Source: Malacoraja senta
Taxonomy: Eukaryota
Length of the DNA: 64,000 nt
Assembly (NCBI GenBank): GCA_038087875.1
Contig: JAXLNO010000454.1
Coordinates: 1 to 64,000 of the forward strand
Reading direction: 5' to 3'
A program made the position numbers and the translations under genes. Below are positions 24,134-36,405 of the stretch, piece after piece. Every line of letters starts with the position of its first letter. Within the stretch, counting starts at the first letter, position 1. The notes under the pieces were generated by a model, which was not told where the DNA came from, did not search any database, and saw only the letters and a program-made list of their open reading frames with translations.

Positions 24134-24791
24134 TTAAGGGTTTGGACACGCTAGAGGCAGGAAACATGTTCCCGATGTTGGGGGAGTCTAGAACCGGGGC
24201 CACCGTTTAAGAATAAGGGGTAAGCCATTTAGAACGGAGATGAGGAAACACTTTTTCACACAGTGAGTTGTGAGTCTGTGGAATTCTCTGCCTCAGAGGG
24301 CGGTGGTGGCCGGGTCTCTGGATACTTTCAAGAGAGGAGCTAGATAGGGCTCTAAAGATAGTGAGTCAGGGGATAAGGGGGGAAGGCAGGAACAGGGTAC
24401 TGATTGGGGATGATCAGCCATTATCACATTGAATGGCGGTGCTGGCTCGAAGGGCCGAATGGCCTTCTCCTGCATCTATTGTCAATTGTCTAATGTTAAT
24501 TCCTTAACCACTAAAGACAGAAGTGAGCTGTTATCACTAATTCTGGTTCTCAATAGTTTGCGAGTTGAATGCTGATTAATTCTACTAAAAATTTAAAACT
24601 GTTCCAGTACATTAACCAAATAGATACATTTAAGCTATAAAACCAATTAATCAACTCTAAAAGTTAGCATTTAAATTTAATTATTGTAACATTTTGCCCC
24701 ATATTTGCTGTTTGAATAATTCTGGTATAAATTGAGCCAGTAAAAGAGTAAAGTTTAGACGCAGAAACAATTCTATAAATTCAATACATAC

Positions 24792-24940
24792 TTCGTCGGA
24801 GAAGATCTGGGTTGAGATGGGAACCCAGCGATTGGAAATCCAAAAGTACTCATGCGCTGCACCAGTTTGCAACGTTTCCTGATTTTTTCTCGTTTGCTGA
24901 TTGCGTTTTCCTCTTTTGTATCTGTATCACTTTTTAGTTC
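24792..24940 (-). CDS. CD2AP: CD2AP internal coding exon (exon-3-like, SH3A-SH3B linker), with apparent small indels
   Basis: Acceptor ttatttccag| and donor AA|GTATGT. It translates ELKSDTDTKEENAISKREK(IRKRCK)LVQRMSTFGFPIAGFPSQPRS..., resembling human CD2AP EIKRETEFKDDSLPIKRERHGNVASLVQRISTYGLP. The LVQRxSTxGxP motif favours CD2AP over SH3KBP1. The 149-bp length gives a phase mismatch with the next exon (see findings). Confidence 0.8.
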
Positions 24941-24995
24941 CTGGAAATAAAAACGTCAGCAATGAATGCTGTGAAGCAATATACTGCAAGGCTCA

Positions 24996-25690
24996 CAAAG
25001 ACAAGATCACAAGATACACAAGATACATTTATTTGTCACATGTACCAATTGGTACTGTGAAATGTATAGTCGCCATACAGCCATACAAATAATAAAGAGC
25101 ACAGACACGATAGGTTATTTTTAAAACACAGAAATCCCACACAGCGGGATCAAATTCCCACTGTGAGGGAAGGCTCCAAACATTCAGTCGTCCTCCTCTG
25201 TTGTCCTCTCGTGGTCGGGGGGCTCCCGAACCCCCCGCTGTCGCCTCCTCCGGGCGGCCCGATGTTCAGGCCCGCTCGCCGGGGTGATGGAAGTCCGACG
25301 TCGGACTGGGAGGAACCTCCTTAGCGGCTTGGACATCCGAAAATGGTCACCTCCTACCGGAGTCCGCGGCTCCCAAAGTCCGCAGGCGGAGATGCAACGC
25401 TGCAGCCCTCGGCAAAGGGCCCCAGGTCTCTGCGATGTTGAAGACAGCGCCGGCCGCGCTGGAAGCTCCACGAACCACAGCTCCACGATGTTGGAGCAGC
25501 GGCCCAACGCTCCGGAGCTCCAAACGCCGATCCAGGTAAGGCATCGCCCACTCCGCGGTGAATCCAGCTCTGCGCCGCCACTGTTGAAGCTCTGGTCCGG
25601 TCCCCGGCAGGAAAGGCCGCTCCAATCCGCGAGGAGGGGGGCGATGACGCGACTCGGAGAATAGTCGCGTCCCCGCCAGGAAGCGACTAG
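24996..25690 (-). mobile_element. GC-rich non-autonomous retroelement, 5'-truncated, with L2-like tail
   Basis: Homologous to 18470-18910. Tail (caagata/caagatca)n followed by tttatttgtcacatgtacc...gtgaaatg at the left end. Confidence 0.8.
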
Positions 25691-26426
25691 ACTTCAACAT
25701 AAGAAAGTTGAGGAAATCACTGCCCTGTAATAAACTAAATATCCTTTGACATTCTTCATGTATTGAAGGAAAACATAAAGGCTTCAGAATCCTGATGTAT
25801 AAAATAGTTAAGAGCTACAGTGAAGTAATTTTCATTTTTCATCTGCACGCTCAAAAGCATAAGATAAGTTTCCTGCCTCTTATACAATTTCAATAAGCAA
25901 AATAAAGTCACAAATTTAAATCCTGGATACTTTGCTTTCCAAGAATATAACGCAAACTTCAGTTTTGTATACAAAAAGTATTATAAGAAGTGACAAGCTG
26001 CAGGACACCAACTGCGAATAAAGAACTTACCAAATATTTTCAAGGTAGAGGTTTGGAAGAATAGGGAATTGGGATTAGAGGAACAGGCATAAAAATACAA
26101 CCAAGGCCAGAACTGAATCAATCATCACTTTAGTTCATGTCAGAAAGGGCTCAAGAGGCTGTGTGACCTGCCATTTCTCATATTCATATACATCAGTTGC
26201 TAAAACACTCATACACATCTAGGCTTCCATTTGAATCCATTAATGCAGCATTTTCTGCTGGCCTCTCATTCCTGCCTCATTAATCTATAGTGCATCCAAA
26301 ACTATCTTTGCAAAAGATATACTAAAATGTTGTACTGTTTACCTGAAATCTTGTAAAGTTTCTGGCCTGGATAGTACTCAAATAAAAGCTTTTCACTGTA
26401 CCTCAGTACGCAGTTATGACAATAAG

Positions 26427-27626
26427 TAGAGCCAGGATCTTGCCATCAATGCCATGTGCCTTTTCATGCCTTTTTTGATGATTTCACCAGGATGCCTTTT
26501 TCATGCTCATGCCTAAATCTGCCTTTTTTTGCCGTTTTGCTAATAGTTCGTGCTATTTTCTTTCGTTGTACCGTGATTACAATGACGTATTCTATGTTAA
26601 CACGTTAATATTAATGTTATTATTAACGTGTTAACATAGTATAACTTACAAGAAAATTTCCACCACTGGGGCAAAACCGGGGGCTAAATATCAATAGACG
26701 AGACAACCGATGCTGTGGGGAGATATGTTGCCAATGTGGTCATCGATACACTGGAGGCAGGTCAACCATCAAAGGAGTATTTGTTGACATCGGAAGTATT
26801 GGAGAAGTCAAACAGCTCAGCTATTGCTCAGTTGTTTACATCTTCACTTGCTGTACTTTGGCCAGAAGGTACAAAACACGCTACCTCCTCAGCCCGTTTT
26901 GACTAGGTGGGGTACATCGCTCTCTGCTGTACTCTATGCTTCAAATTTTGAAAAGATAAAAGAAATAGTCAACTGTTTTGAAGAAGAAGAATCTGCTCCA
27001 GTCAGGATCGTCAGTGAAATCATGCAGAAAAAGTCCCTCCATCGCGATCTTGTGTTTATTGCTTCCAATTTTGCAAACTTCCCACAAGCTATCACTTCCC
27101 TTGAGAAACGTGGCGAAACATTAGTGAATAACTTGCAGTTTTATCAACAAAGTAACTGACGATATTAGTAAAGTTCCTGCCGATGTAGGTAAAGATATGC
27201 AAGGAAGATGTGAGAGAGTAATTTTAGGTAACAAAGATCTTGAAGAAATACAAAACATAGCTAAAGTTCTCAAAGGTAGTTGTTATGCACAAGATATCAA
27301 CATGAATATAGAGTCTGTAGCTTGTTTCGGGTATGCACCAGTGACCTCAGCCGAGGTAGAAAGAAGTTTTGCACAACTGAAGCATATTATGTCTGACAGA
27401 TGGCATAGTTTAACACCAGATAATTTGAAAAAAATGCTGATAATTATGTGCAACCAGACAACTTTGGTAGTATAGCTTTATATTATCATTTTTGACCATA
27501 TTTTGGTGGTGGAAATACATGGCTTGTTATGCCTTTTTTTGTCAATAAATGCCTTCTTTGTAATTCTATTATGCCTTTTTGCCTGCCTATTTCAGAGTTT
27601 TATAGTGCCTAAACATCCTGGCTCTA
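26427..27626 (+). mobile_element. hAT-superfamily transposon (DUF659/CGGBP-related type), internally deleted
   Basis: TIR tagagccaggat / atcctggctcta and 8-bp TSD acaataag / ataataag. Transposase remnants SIDETTDAVGRYVANVVI, PPQPVLTRWGT and the dimerisation motif YAPVTSAEVERSFAQLKHIMSDRWHSLTPDNLKKML. Confidence 0.88.
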
Positions 27627-28336
27627 ATAATAAGCTAAACTAAATTAAACTGTCTCAGCCGTGTGCCAGAGCCTCAATAAAAAAAACTAATGTTCAAATG
27701 GTTTTATCATCCCACCCTTATCTATTTGTTCAACCCAACAAACCACAAAACATTCCTCCACTTTCTGTGCATTTACCATTCTCATTACATTCTTATTTCA
27801 TTCACATCAGCTGCCTTCAGCAGCTCAGCACCAAACCTCCGGAATGAATCTTTGTACAGCCTCCACGACCAAGCTTTTGACATAACTTGTAACATTTTGT
27901 TAAGGCCAATGTTAATTTCAGGCCGAGTCTGCTACAATAAAGAAATTTTATGTTGGCAGAATTGCATAGATTAAACAAACAGACCATTTACCCGAAACAG
28001 AATATGACACATGATGCTCCACTCACGTTACCTTATCCAACAAATATGTTTGATATCTTTCCCTCTTGAATGAATAGAGCCTCTCCTTTCATGGATCAAT
28101 ATTGTTTTAAAACTTCAACCATTTCCTTGAAGTATTTTTTTCAAATTCACCTCTTTGATTTATTAGTAAACATCTTTGCACTGACGGTGTCTACTTGTGC
28201 CCTACCCACAAATTAAACACTTTGCCTACTTTGCAGTTATTCCATTTCCTCCATCAGATAACCCTTCAATCCCTGTGTTTTCAAGAGAAAATTTTAAACG
28301 CCTCATATTTCTAGTGTTATTCTCATAAATCTTTTA

Positions 28337-29074
28337 ACGTCGTGGCTCCCCATGTGGTGCCACTGCGCATGTCCACAGTGGCCCTGGTGTTCTCAGCCGC
28401 CGAGTACTACGCCCCAGTCTGGTGCCGTAGCCCTCACGCCAAGAAGCTGGATGCTGCCCTCAACAGCGCCCTGCGGACTGTCTCCGGATGCCTACGAGCC
28501 ACCCCAGTAAACCAACTGCCTGTCCTCGCTGGCCTCGCCCCAGCCAACATCAGACGAGAAGCAGCCTCTCTTGAAAGTCGCAGACCAGTGAACCCCACCT
28601 CCTCCATCAGATCGTCACAGAGACACCACGACGAGTGCGCCTCAAGTCACGGCACCCCTTTGCCATGCAAGCCCAAGAGCTGCTCTGCACAACACCGGCT
28701 GACGCTTCTAAGGCCGCCTGGGTCAAGACGAGATGGAGAGACCAGTGGAAGTCAGCGGAACCATCTAGGCTACACCATTCCATCAATGACCCAATGGACG
28801 TCCCTGGCCAGGACCTGCCCTGAAAGCAGGGGACAACCCTCAACCGCTTGAGGACAGGCGTCAGACGCTATGGAGTAGCGATGAAGAGGTGGGGCCTAGT
28901 GGACAGCGCCTCCTGCGAGTGTGGGGACCCAACACAGACAGTGGAGCACATAGTCACCAGTTGCCCCAAATACCGGCCACCGAATGGTGAACGAGGTCTG
29001 ATTGACCTGGACGATGACACGTTGGCCTGGCTCGCCTCAACGGAGCTGCAGGTCTAAAAGACATACGACAGAAG
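28337..29074 (+). mobile_element. Vingi/Ingi-like non-LTR retrotransposon 3' fragment
   Basis: 10-bp TSD aaatctttta (28327-28336 and 29075-29084). Translates ALVFSAAEYYAPVWCRSPH...LRATPVNQLPVLAGLAP and a C-terminal CECG...TVEHIVTSCP zinc motif. Short 3' end catacgacagaag. Confidence 0.75.
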
Positions 29075-29342
29075 AAATCTTTTATTTGCTCTTTCCTGTG
29101 GCTGTGAAATAAGATGACAAAAACTATTATATGATCAGAACCATATGCAGCAAAGAATAGGGTCTATATACAAAACTTTCAATATGGTCTAACCGCAAAT
29201 AGAGGTTCAGCTGAAAGAAATAAAGTGAATATCCCAACCCGAAGCATCACCAATTCATGTTCTCCAGGGATGCTGCCTGACCCACTAAGTTACTCCAGTA
29301 CTATATGTCTTTCTTTTTAATATAAGCAGCATTTGCAGTTCT

Positions 29343-31490
29343 ACAAACATAGAAACATAGAAACATATAGAAACATAGAAAATAGGTGCAGGAGTAGGCC
29401 ATTCGGCCCTTCGAGCCTGCACCGCCATTCAATATGATCATGGCTGATCATCCAACTCAGTATCCTGTACCTGCCTTCTCTCCATACTCCCGATCCCTTC
29501 CACAGATTCACCTCTCTCTGTGTGGAAAAAAAATTCTCAACATTGGGAACAATCTTCTTGCGTCTAGCCTGTCCAACATCTTAAGAATTTTGTAAGTTTC
29601 TATAAGATCCCCCCTCAATCTTCTAAATTCTAGCGAGTACAAGCCGAGTCTATCCAGTCTTTCTTCATATGAAAGTCCTGCCATCCCAGGAATCAGTCTA
29701 GTGAACCTTCTCTGTACTCCCTCTATGGCAAGAATGTCTTTCCTCAGATTAGGAGACCAAATCTGTACGCAATACTCCAGGTCTGGTCTCACCAAGTCCC
29801 TGTACAACTGCAGTAGAACCTCCCTGCTCCTATACTCAAATCCTTTTGCTATGAATGCTAACATACCATTTGCTTTCTTCACTGCCTGCTGCACCTGCAT
29901 GCCTACTTTCAATGACTGGTGTACCATGACACCCAGGTCTCGTTGCATCTCCCCTTTTCCTAATCGGCCACCATTCAGATAGTAGTCTATTTTCCTGTTC
30001 TTGCCACCTAAGTGGATAACCTCACATTTATCCACATTATACTGCATCTGCCATGCATTTGCCCACTCACCCAACCTATCCAAGTCACCTTGTAGGTATG
30101 TTACAAAACTTATCTTCAGCGGCGCTGCAGTTCTGTCACTGGCTGTGTGCGCGACTTTGGCGCCTTTGAGAGGGGGGCGGGTTTAAAATGCATTTTTTTC
30201 CAGCCTGTTCAAATCGATTTTTGTCAGGCTGTTTAGTTGCTGAAGAATAATCGCTCCGACTGCCGTTATATCAAGTTTATTAAAATTCGCGCTGGATAAT
30301 TTAATAGCAGGAGTAAAATTAAAAGCGTCTTCTAAAGCCGTGAACGCTGACAACGGGACGGATCTCACGTACGGGACATGTAAAGGAAAGCCATTATTTT
30401 TACATATAAACGTGCTACTTAGGATGCCTTTAATCAAAATTTCACGTTGCGAAAATGTGATTATGTAAATATACGAACCGGCAGTATTTTTCCTGCCGAT
30501 ATGGGGTTTACATTCACCGCAAATGCAACGTTCCAAACGATCACGTTCCACAGAATCTCACTCGCAAGATGATTTAAATGGCCATTAATTTACGGGAATT
30601 AAACACTAAATTCCTTCCATTTGGCCTATAAATTCATGACAATGAGATTTTAAAATCATGTTATATTGTAAATTCTTGTGTGAATGTTATTTGGACAATT
30701 AGGCTATTAAAAAATGTTAACCTTTTCTTAAGAAATGGATAGATGTTTAGATCTAGTAATTTAATTTTGTAATTAGCTACAATTAGGTAACTAACTAATT
30801 ATATGCTTTAATTTCAGGTCATCGAAGTAAGATTGTTTCATATTTGTTTCAGAATGCTTCAATCTATAATAACTGAAAATTTCATTCAGTTCTCTTAATT
30901 TTTAAGAAAGTTATGGGCTTTTGACTGTCCTCGATCACAGCTTTTGAGTTGTCAATGGAAAAGCAAGAGGGAACAAGATGCTAATTTCCGAGTATGAAAA
31001 TGGCCATAACTTTTTTAATACTGAAGATATGAAAGTGAATTAGGTGTCAAATTAAACTTCTTTTTATGCTTTATCTGATGGGATAAATTGCAGACTTGAT
31101 TTTTAAAATCTCAAAATGTTGTAACAACCTTGCAGCCTTGTCAAAACCTTGCAGCCTTGTCAAAACCTTGCAGCCTCCTAGCATCCTCCTCACAGCTAAC
31201 ACTGTACCCCAGCTTCGTGTCATCCACAAACTTGGAGATGTTGCATTCAATTCCCTCGTCCAAATCATTAATATATATATTGTAAATAACTGGGTTCCCA
31301 GCACTGAGCCTTGCGGTACCCCACTAGTCACTGCCTGCCATTCAGAAAAGGACCCGTTTACTCCTACTCTTTGCTTCCTGTCTGCCAGCCAGTTCTCTAT
31401 CCACATCATACTGAACCCCCAATACCATGTGCTTTAAGTTTGCATACTAATCTCTTATGTGGGACCTTGTTCGAAAGCCTTCTGAAAGTC
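29343..31490 (-). mobile_element. CR1 subfamily A fragment with internal deletions and a MITE insertion
   Basis: (gaaacata)n tail at 29343-29380; RT ORFs 29508-30083 and 31071-31409. Confidence 0.93.
30094..31130. mobile_element. non-autonomous DNA transposon (superfamily not determined)
   Basis: Imperfect TIRs aggtatgttacaaaa / ttgtaacaacct. Non-coding AT-rich interior. Interrupts the CR1 at caagtcaccttg|cagcctcc. Confidence 0.7.
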
Positions 31491-33060
31491 CATGTATTCT
31501 CTGCTTTTGTGGCATCACCAATCAGTTTTGTTTTGAGTGATCGTTATTCCAAAATTCTTTTGGTATTCTGTCCTTCTGGTCATGCGGCACACATCTTCAA
31601 GGATGGAACAGAGCAGACACTATGCCATTGCATGACATGCATATTTATGCCTCTATTGCATTTCTTTCCTTGAACGTAGCTGTAACGTTCCCGACCAGAA
31701 GTATTATATTTCATATTTTGCCTCTAAAACAATAAAAAAAAACATCTTCAATGTCACGCCCATCTAAGCTACCTCCCAGAAAAAAGTTGCCATTTCTACC
31801 ATTTATTGGTTACTGGTTTCTTATTGTCAGGTGTACAGATATACAGTGTACAGAAATATAGTTGATGGGAAGTGATGGTGGGGTGGGGGTTGGGGTGGGT
31901 TGGGGATTGGGGGTGGAGGGGAGCAGCAGGGTCAGCTTTGCATGATGGACTGGGCTGTGTATGCAACACTCTACAATTTCTTGCAGTCTTGGACAGAATC
32001 TTGGGATTGATTGTAATCATGTGCAGTCTTTTCACTGACTGCTTAGCACGCAACAAAGTTTTCCACTGTACCTCAGTACATGCGACAATAATAACCTAAA
32101 CTAAACTGCCGTATCAAGCTGTGATGCATCCAAAAAAGGTGCTTTCAGTAGTGCACCTGCAGAAATTGGTACGGTCACTGCACACATGCTATCTGGCAGT
32201 AGCGTTAATGACATTGGATGAGAACAAAGTGATATATGTTGTAATATTTACCCCTAGAATTGTAAACCTCTCGATCATCTGCACTTCAGCACTATTGTGG
32301 CAGACTGGTCGCATTTACTCCACATAATTTCGTTGTCAATGACCCCTTAGGTTTCTGACATTGAGGGAGAGGTTGTATTCTTGATGCCATGCTGCTAAGC
32401 TCTCTATCTACTTACTGCCTACACTCAGTTTCACCATTGTTCGAGATCCAGGCCACTACAATGGTGTCATTTGCACAATTGTAAATGTTAACATTGCATT
32501 TGTCTTCCTTGCCAACAACTCAACCCACAAATTACCCTTTGGGAATCCTGCACCAACCCTGGCAAGTCCCATTGCACCTCCAATTTTTGAATCTCCCCAT
32601 TTAGATCATTGGGTGTAGTTCACAATCTCCCAAACTATCTCATTGTAGCCTTTAAACTGTTTTGTTTTAATCTGCATGTGTGCAATAATGCTGCAACACT
32701 GTAACACTATAGCACTACATTTTGCACTTGGGCCATTTCTCTCTCAACACTGCCTTTTATATTCCAATGTGGTTTGATTGTACTGATGGATCACGTACAA
32801 ATTGTTTCACTGTATCTCAGTCCAGGTAATAAAATAACCCAATACCAATATATGTTGGACACTAGTTATAATGCAATAAAGTCATATAGCACAGAACCTG
32901 TCCCTTCAGCCCCACTTGTCCATGTCGACCAAGATGTCCCATCCAAGCGAGCCTAATGCATGTCTGCATTAGGCCCATCCTATCCATGTACTTATCCAAG
33001 TGTCTTTTAAATATTGTTATTGTATGAAGACCATTCTTAACTTTGCATCTTATAACCAGG

Positions 33061-33363
33061 GTCAGCACGGTGGCGCAGTGGTAGAGTAGCTGCCTTACAG
33101 TCAGAGATCCGGGTTCGATTCACACTATGGGTGTTGTCTGTATCGAGTTTGGATGTTCGCCCCCATGATCTTCGTGGGTTTTCTCCGGGTGCTCCAGTTT
33201 TCTCTCATACTCCAAAGGTTTGTAGACAGTTTGGCTCGGTAAAAATTGTAAATTGTCCCCAGTGTATGTAAGATAGTGCTAGCCTGCAGTGATCGCGGGT
33301 CGGCGCAGAATCGGTGAACCGAAGGGCCTATTTTTTGCATGATGTATCCCTAAACTAAACTAA
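33061..33363 (+). mobile_element. tRNA-derived V-SINE (HE1-like), full length
   Basis: A box tggcgcagtgg, B box ggttcgattc, V-domain gtgggttttctccgggtgctccagttt, CR1-like 3' end and (taaac)n tail. Confidence 0.85.
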
Positions 33364-34769
33364 AAATCAGGTACGACTTCTTGTACAATCAACCAGGAAA
33401 TGGGTTCAGCATTGAGAAAGCCCAGTCAGTCACAAACTTGCATTGGCTTTCTGAGAGGCCAAATGTATGGTTCAAAACTCAATTCTGTTCAAAGTTTCTG
33501 CGAGGGGCGAGGTATTTCTAGAGGGAAAAGTGCCTCAGACTCAATGTTGGCAGATCAAAAGATAGAGGTGCTTTTTACTTTCCCACTTTACCTTTGTAAC
33601 AGAGAATGTCATCTCCAACTCAACGTGAAATTTAATGAAAATTTGTACATTTTGCAATTAAAAATCAGAAGGTGCTGGAAATACTCAGCAGCTCGAGCCA
33701 CATTTGTGGGAACAGAAACATAGCTAATGTTTCAATCTGAAGGGTGATACAGCTGAATGGTTGAAAGTTTCCCTTCCCGCAGATACTGCCTCATCTCTTG
33801 AGTATTTCCAGCATTTTCTGCTTTTATTTCAGATTTCCAGCATCTGCACTCTCATTGATTTTAACAAATTTTCCAAATTCTGAATATATCTGATCATTAA
33901 ATTTATCTCACATTAGTGAAATACAAACCAGATTACTTAGACGTAGACTTAGATTCCTTACACAGAAGGCTATGCTCCTTTTCACGCTTTGCAATTAGGT
34001 ACCAGTCACCATCATCCACCAGCTCTTTCCCCATAATTATATTAAACGTTTTTTGTTTTTTAATTGTCCTTTCAGGCAACACAATCCCATTCATTACCAG
34101 GCACAGAGTAAAAGGACAAATTTTGGTCGAAGTTCACAGCATTGTGTTCTTGATATATCCATATGCATATTATGGTAGATTGCTCCCAGGGTTGGGTAGC
34201 TGTGGATCTGATCCCAACTTACTTCACACAAATGTTGAAATTAATATGACATGCTTCCCATAAGGAAGAGACTTAGTATATTCAACAACAGAGTGGATCT
34301 TTGGCATCTCCCAGAATGTGTTTCTTAATTTAACACAACTGGAACACGTGTCTCATAGTGGATTCATGGTTTAAGTTACTGTATAGATTAATTTCATGAG
34401 ACAATTACTCCACAAGGGTGGTAAGAGATGGAGAAAGTGAACAAAGGGAGAGAACCCTGGTGGACTGGTGAGGGTGGGAAAGCAACACAGTGAGTGAGGA
34501 TTACCCAAAATTAGAAAATTCAATATTCACACCATTGGGTTTTAAGCTACCCAAGTGGAATATGAGTTTCTATTCTAGTTTGCATTTGACCTCATCATGG
34601 CTGTGGGGGAAGAAGAGGACAAATGTGTCAATGTGGAAATTGAAGGGATCAACTTTCATCTGGAAGCTCAAGATGGCCTTTGCAGACAGAGCACAGTTGC
34701 TCTGCAAAGCAGTCATGTAGTCTATACATAGGTAGGCATAGGTAGAGGTAATGTTAGACATGTAAAGGG

Positions 34770-35052
34770 ACAGTACTGTGGTGCTGCAGTCTGTGTAAAG
34801 GGATCCTGTCTTTGTGGGTGCTGTCTGTACAGTGTTTGTATGTTCTCAATGATCACATGGGTTTTCTCCGGGTGCTGTGGTTTCCTCCCACATTCCAAAG
34901 ATATGCAGGTTTGGGGTTAATTGGCTTCTATAAATTACCCATAGTGTGTAGGAAGCAAAACTGGGATAACATAGAACTAGCGTATGCGTGATCATTGGTC
35001 GGCGAGGACTCAGTGGGCCAAATGGCCTGTTTCCATGCTGCATTTCTAAAAC
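34770..35052 (+). mobile_element. V-SINE (HE1-like), decayed head
   Basis: gttttctccgggtgctgtggtttcctcccacattccaaaga ... ggcctgtttccatgctg. Confidence 0.75.
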
Positions 35053-36264
35053 AAAAAAACATTAAAAGAAACTTGGTTTCACAGATGCAGACGCCAGCTC
35101 ACAATCATTGAAAGGAATAGATCAGTTTGAAAGAGAGGTACACGAGTTTCTGATGCAGTTTAAAAATATCAATTGCTTTTGCATGTAAATTGTATTTGAA
35201 ATGGACTCAAAACTACTAGCATTAAAGAATGATTTGCAACATTATGAGACCTTGTCTAATATATTAGAGCTGAGCAATGCTCCACAGCTTCCACTCAGTA
35301 ATAAGGAAGAATTTTGAAAAGGCAACTTTTTTCCCCAATTGATATCTCAACTCAATGCATGTTGTTTCAAATAAATCCAAGCAACTACTGAGAGAAAATT
35401 TGACATGTAACCAGACTGCAAGTCAATTCAAGGATGGGACTTCCCATGAAAGTTAACAACAGTCGTCTCAATGTCCCACCGAGAAGACAGATCAAGCATT
35501 TATTCCACTCAACTGGGCAGTAGCACTGGACTCCTAAGACTAGACTGAATTTCCAGCCTTCCATTCTCGCTAAGTGTTGCTCTTGAGATACCTGTGACGT
35601 GCTGTTAGATTCTTCATGGGATCCAATGGGAAAACATTGGCTGTCAAATCTGATGATGAGCCTGCATCAGCTCAATCTGATGGAAATCCAACAGGTCCAC
35701 TGATCTAAACAGGAAGAAAGAACTGTGAAGTGAGCAGCAATCTCCTTTTTAGTTAATTTATTAGATTCAAATTATTTCATTATTTTGACTACGCCTTTAT
35801 CGTTTATCAACAATCTTGATTTGATGAAATAGTGCCCTTTTTTTTTTTTTGAACACTTGAGATTTGAGAAAGAGTTACAGGGTGAGCATACAAATTTCTT
35901 GCAGACTGGAGATCAGGATTGACCCCACAGAGTTTTTTGATTTATCATTAGTGCTGAAGGCAAGAGCCAATCGCTGTATAAAACACCTTGATTTGAACTC
36001 TTTTCTGTGATTGTTGCCAGTCTTTCTCACTTGAGAATTTTGTTTTATTTGTACATGGGACGTGCACATCAACAGTCATACCAACATTTATAATCTTTCC
36101 CAAATTACCTGATCTGCAGAAGGTAGTAACTACATCAGTTAGTTAGTTTAGTTTATTGTCATGTATACCAAGGTACAGTGAAAAGCTTTTGTTGTGTGCC
36201 AACCAGTCAGTGTGTCAGGAATCACATATAGACCAAACTGGTCAAGGATGGCAGATTTGTACAG

Positions 36265-36405
36265 GGCGAAACAGTAGTGCAGTAGACCTGCTGCCTCACA
36301 GCACCAGAGACCCAGGTTCCACCCTGACTATGGGTGCTGTCTGTGTTGAGTTTGTATGTCCTCCCTGTAACCGTGTGGGTTTTTTTCTGGGATCTCCCCG
36401 CAGTC
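36265..36405 (+). mobile_element. V-SINE 5' fragment
   Basis: gctgcctcacagcaccagagacccaggttc...ctgtctgtgttgagtttgtatgt. Confidence 0.7.

Larger units (their letters stand above)
22461..24490 (+). mobile_element. CR1 subfamily B 3' fragment interrupted by a Helitron
   Basis: ORF 22428-23237 begins with CR1 RT C-terminal sequence (RPHLEYCVQFW). CR1 resumes at 24134 and ends in a ctattgtc tail. Confidence 0.92.

Noticed and set aside
33061..33135. tRNA gene
   Set aside because: The A/B boxes continue into a V-domain and LINE-like tail, so it is a SINE head; no complete cloverleaf is evident.
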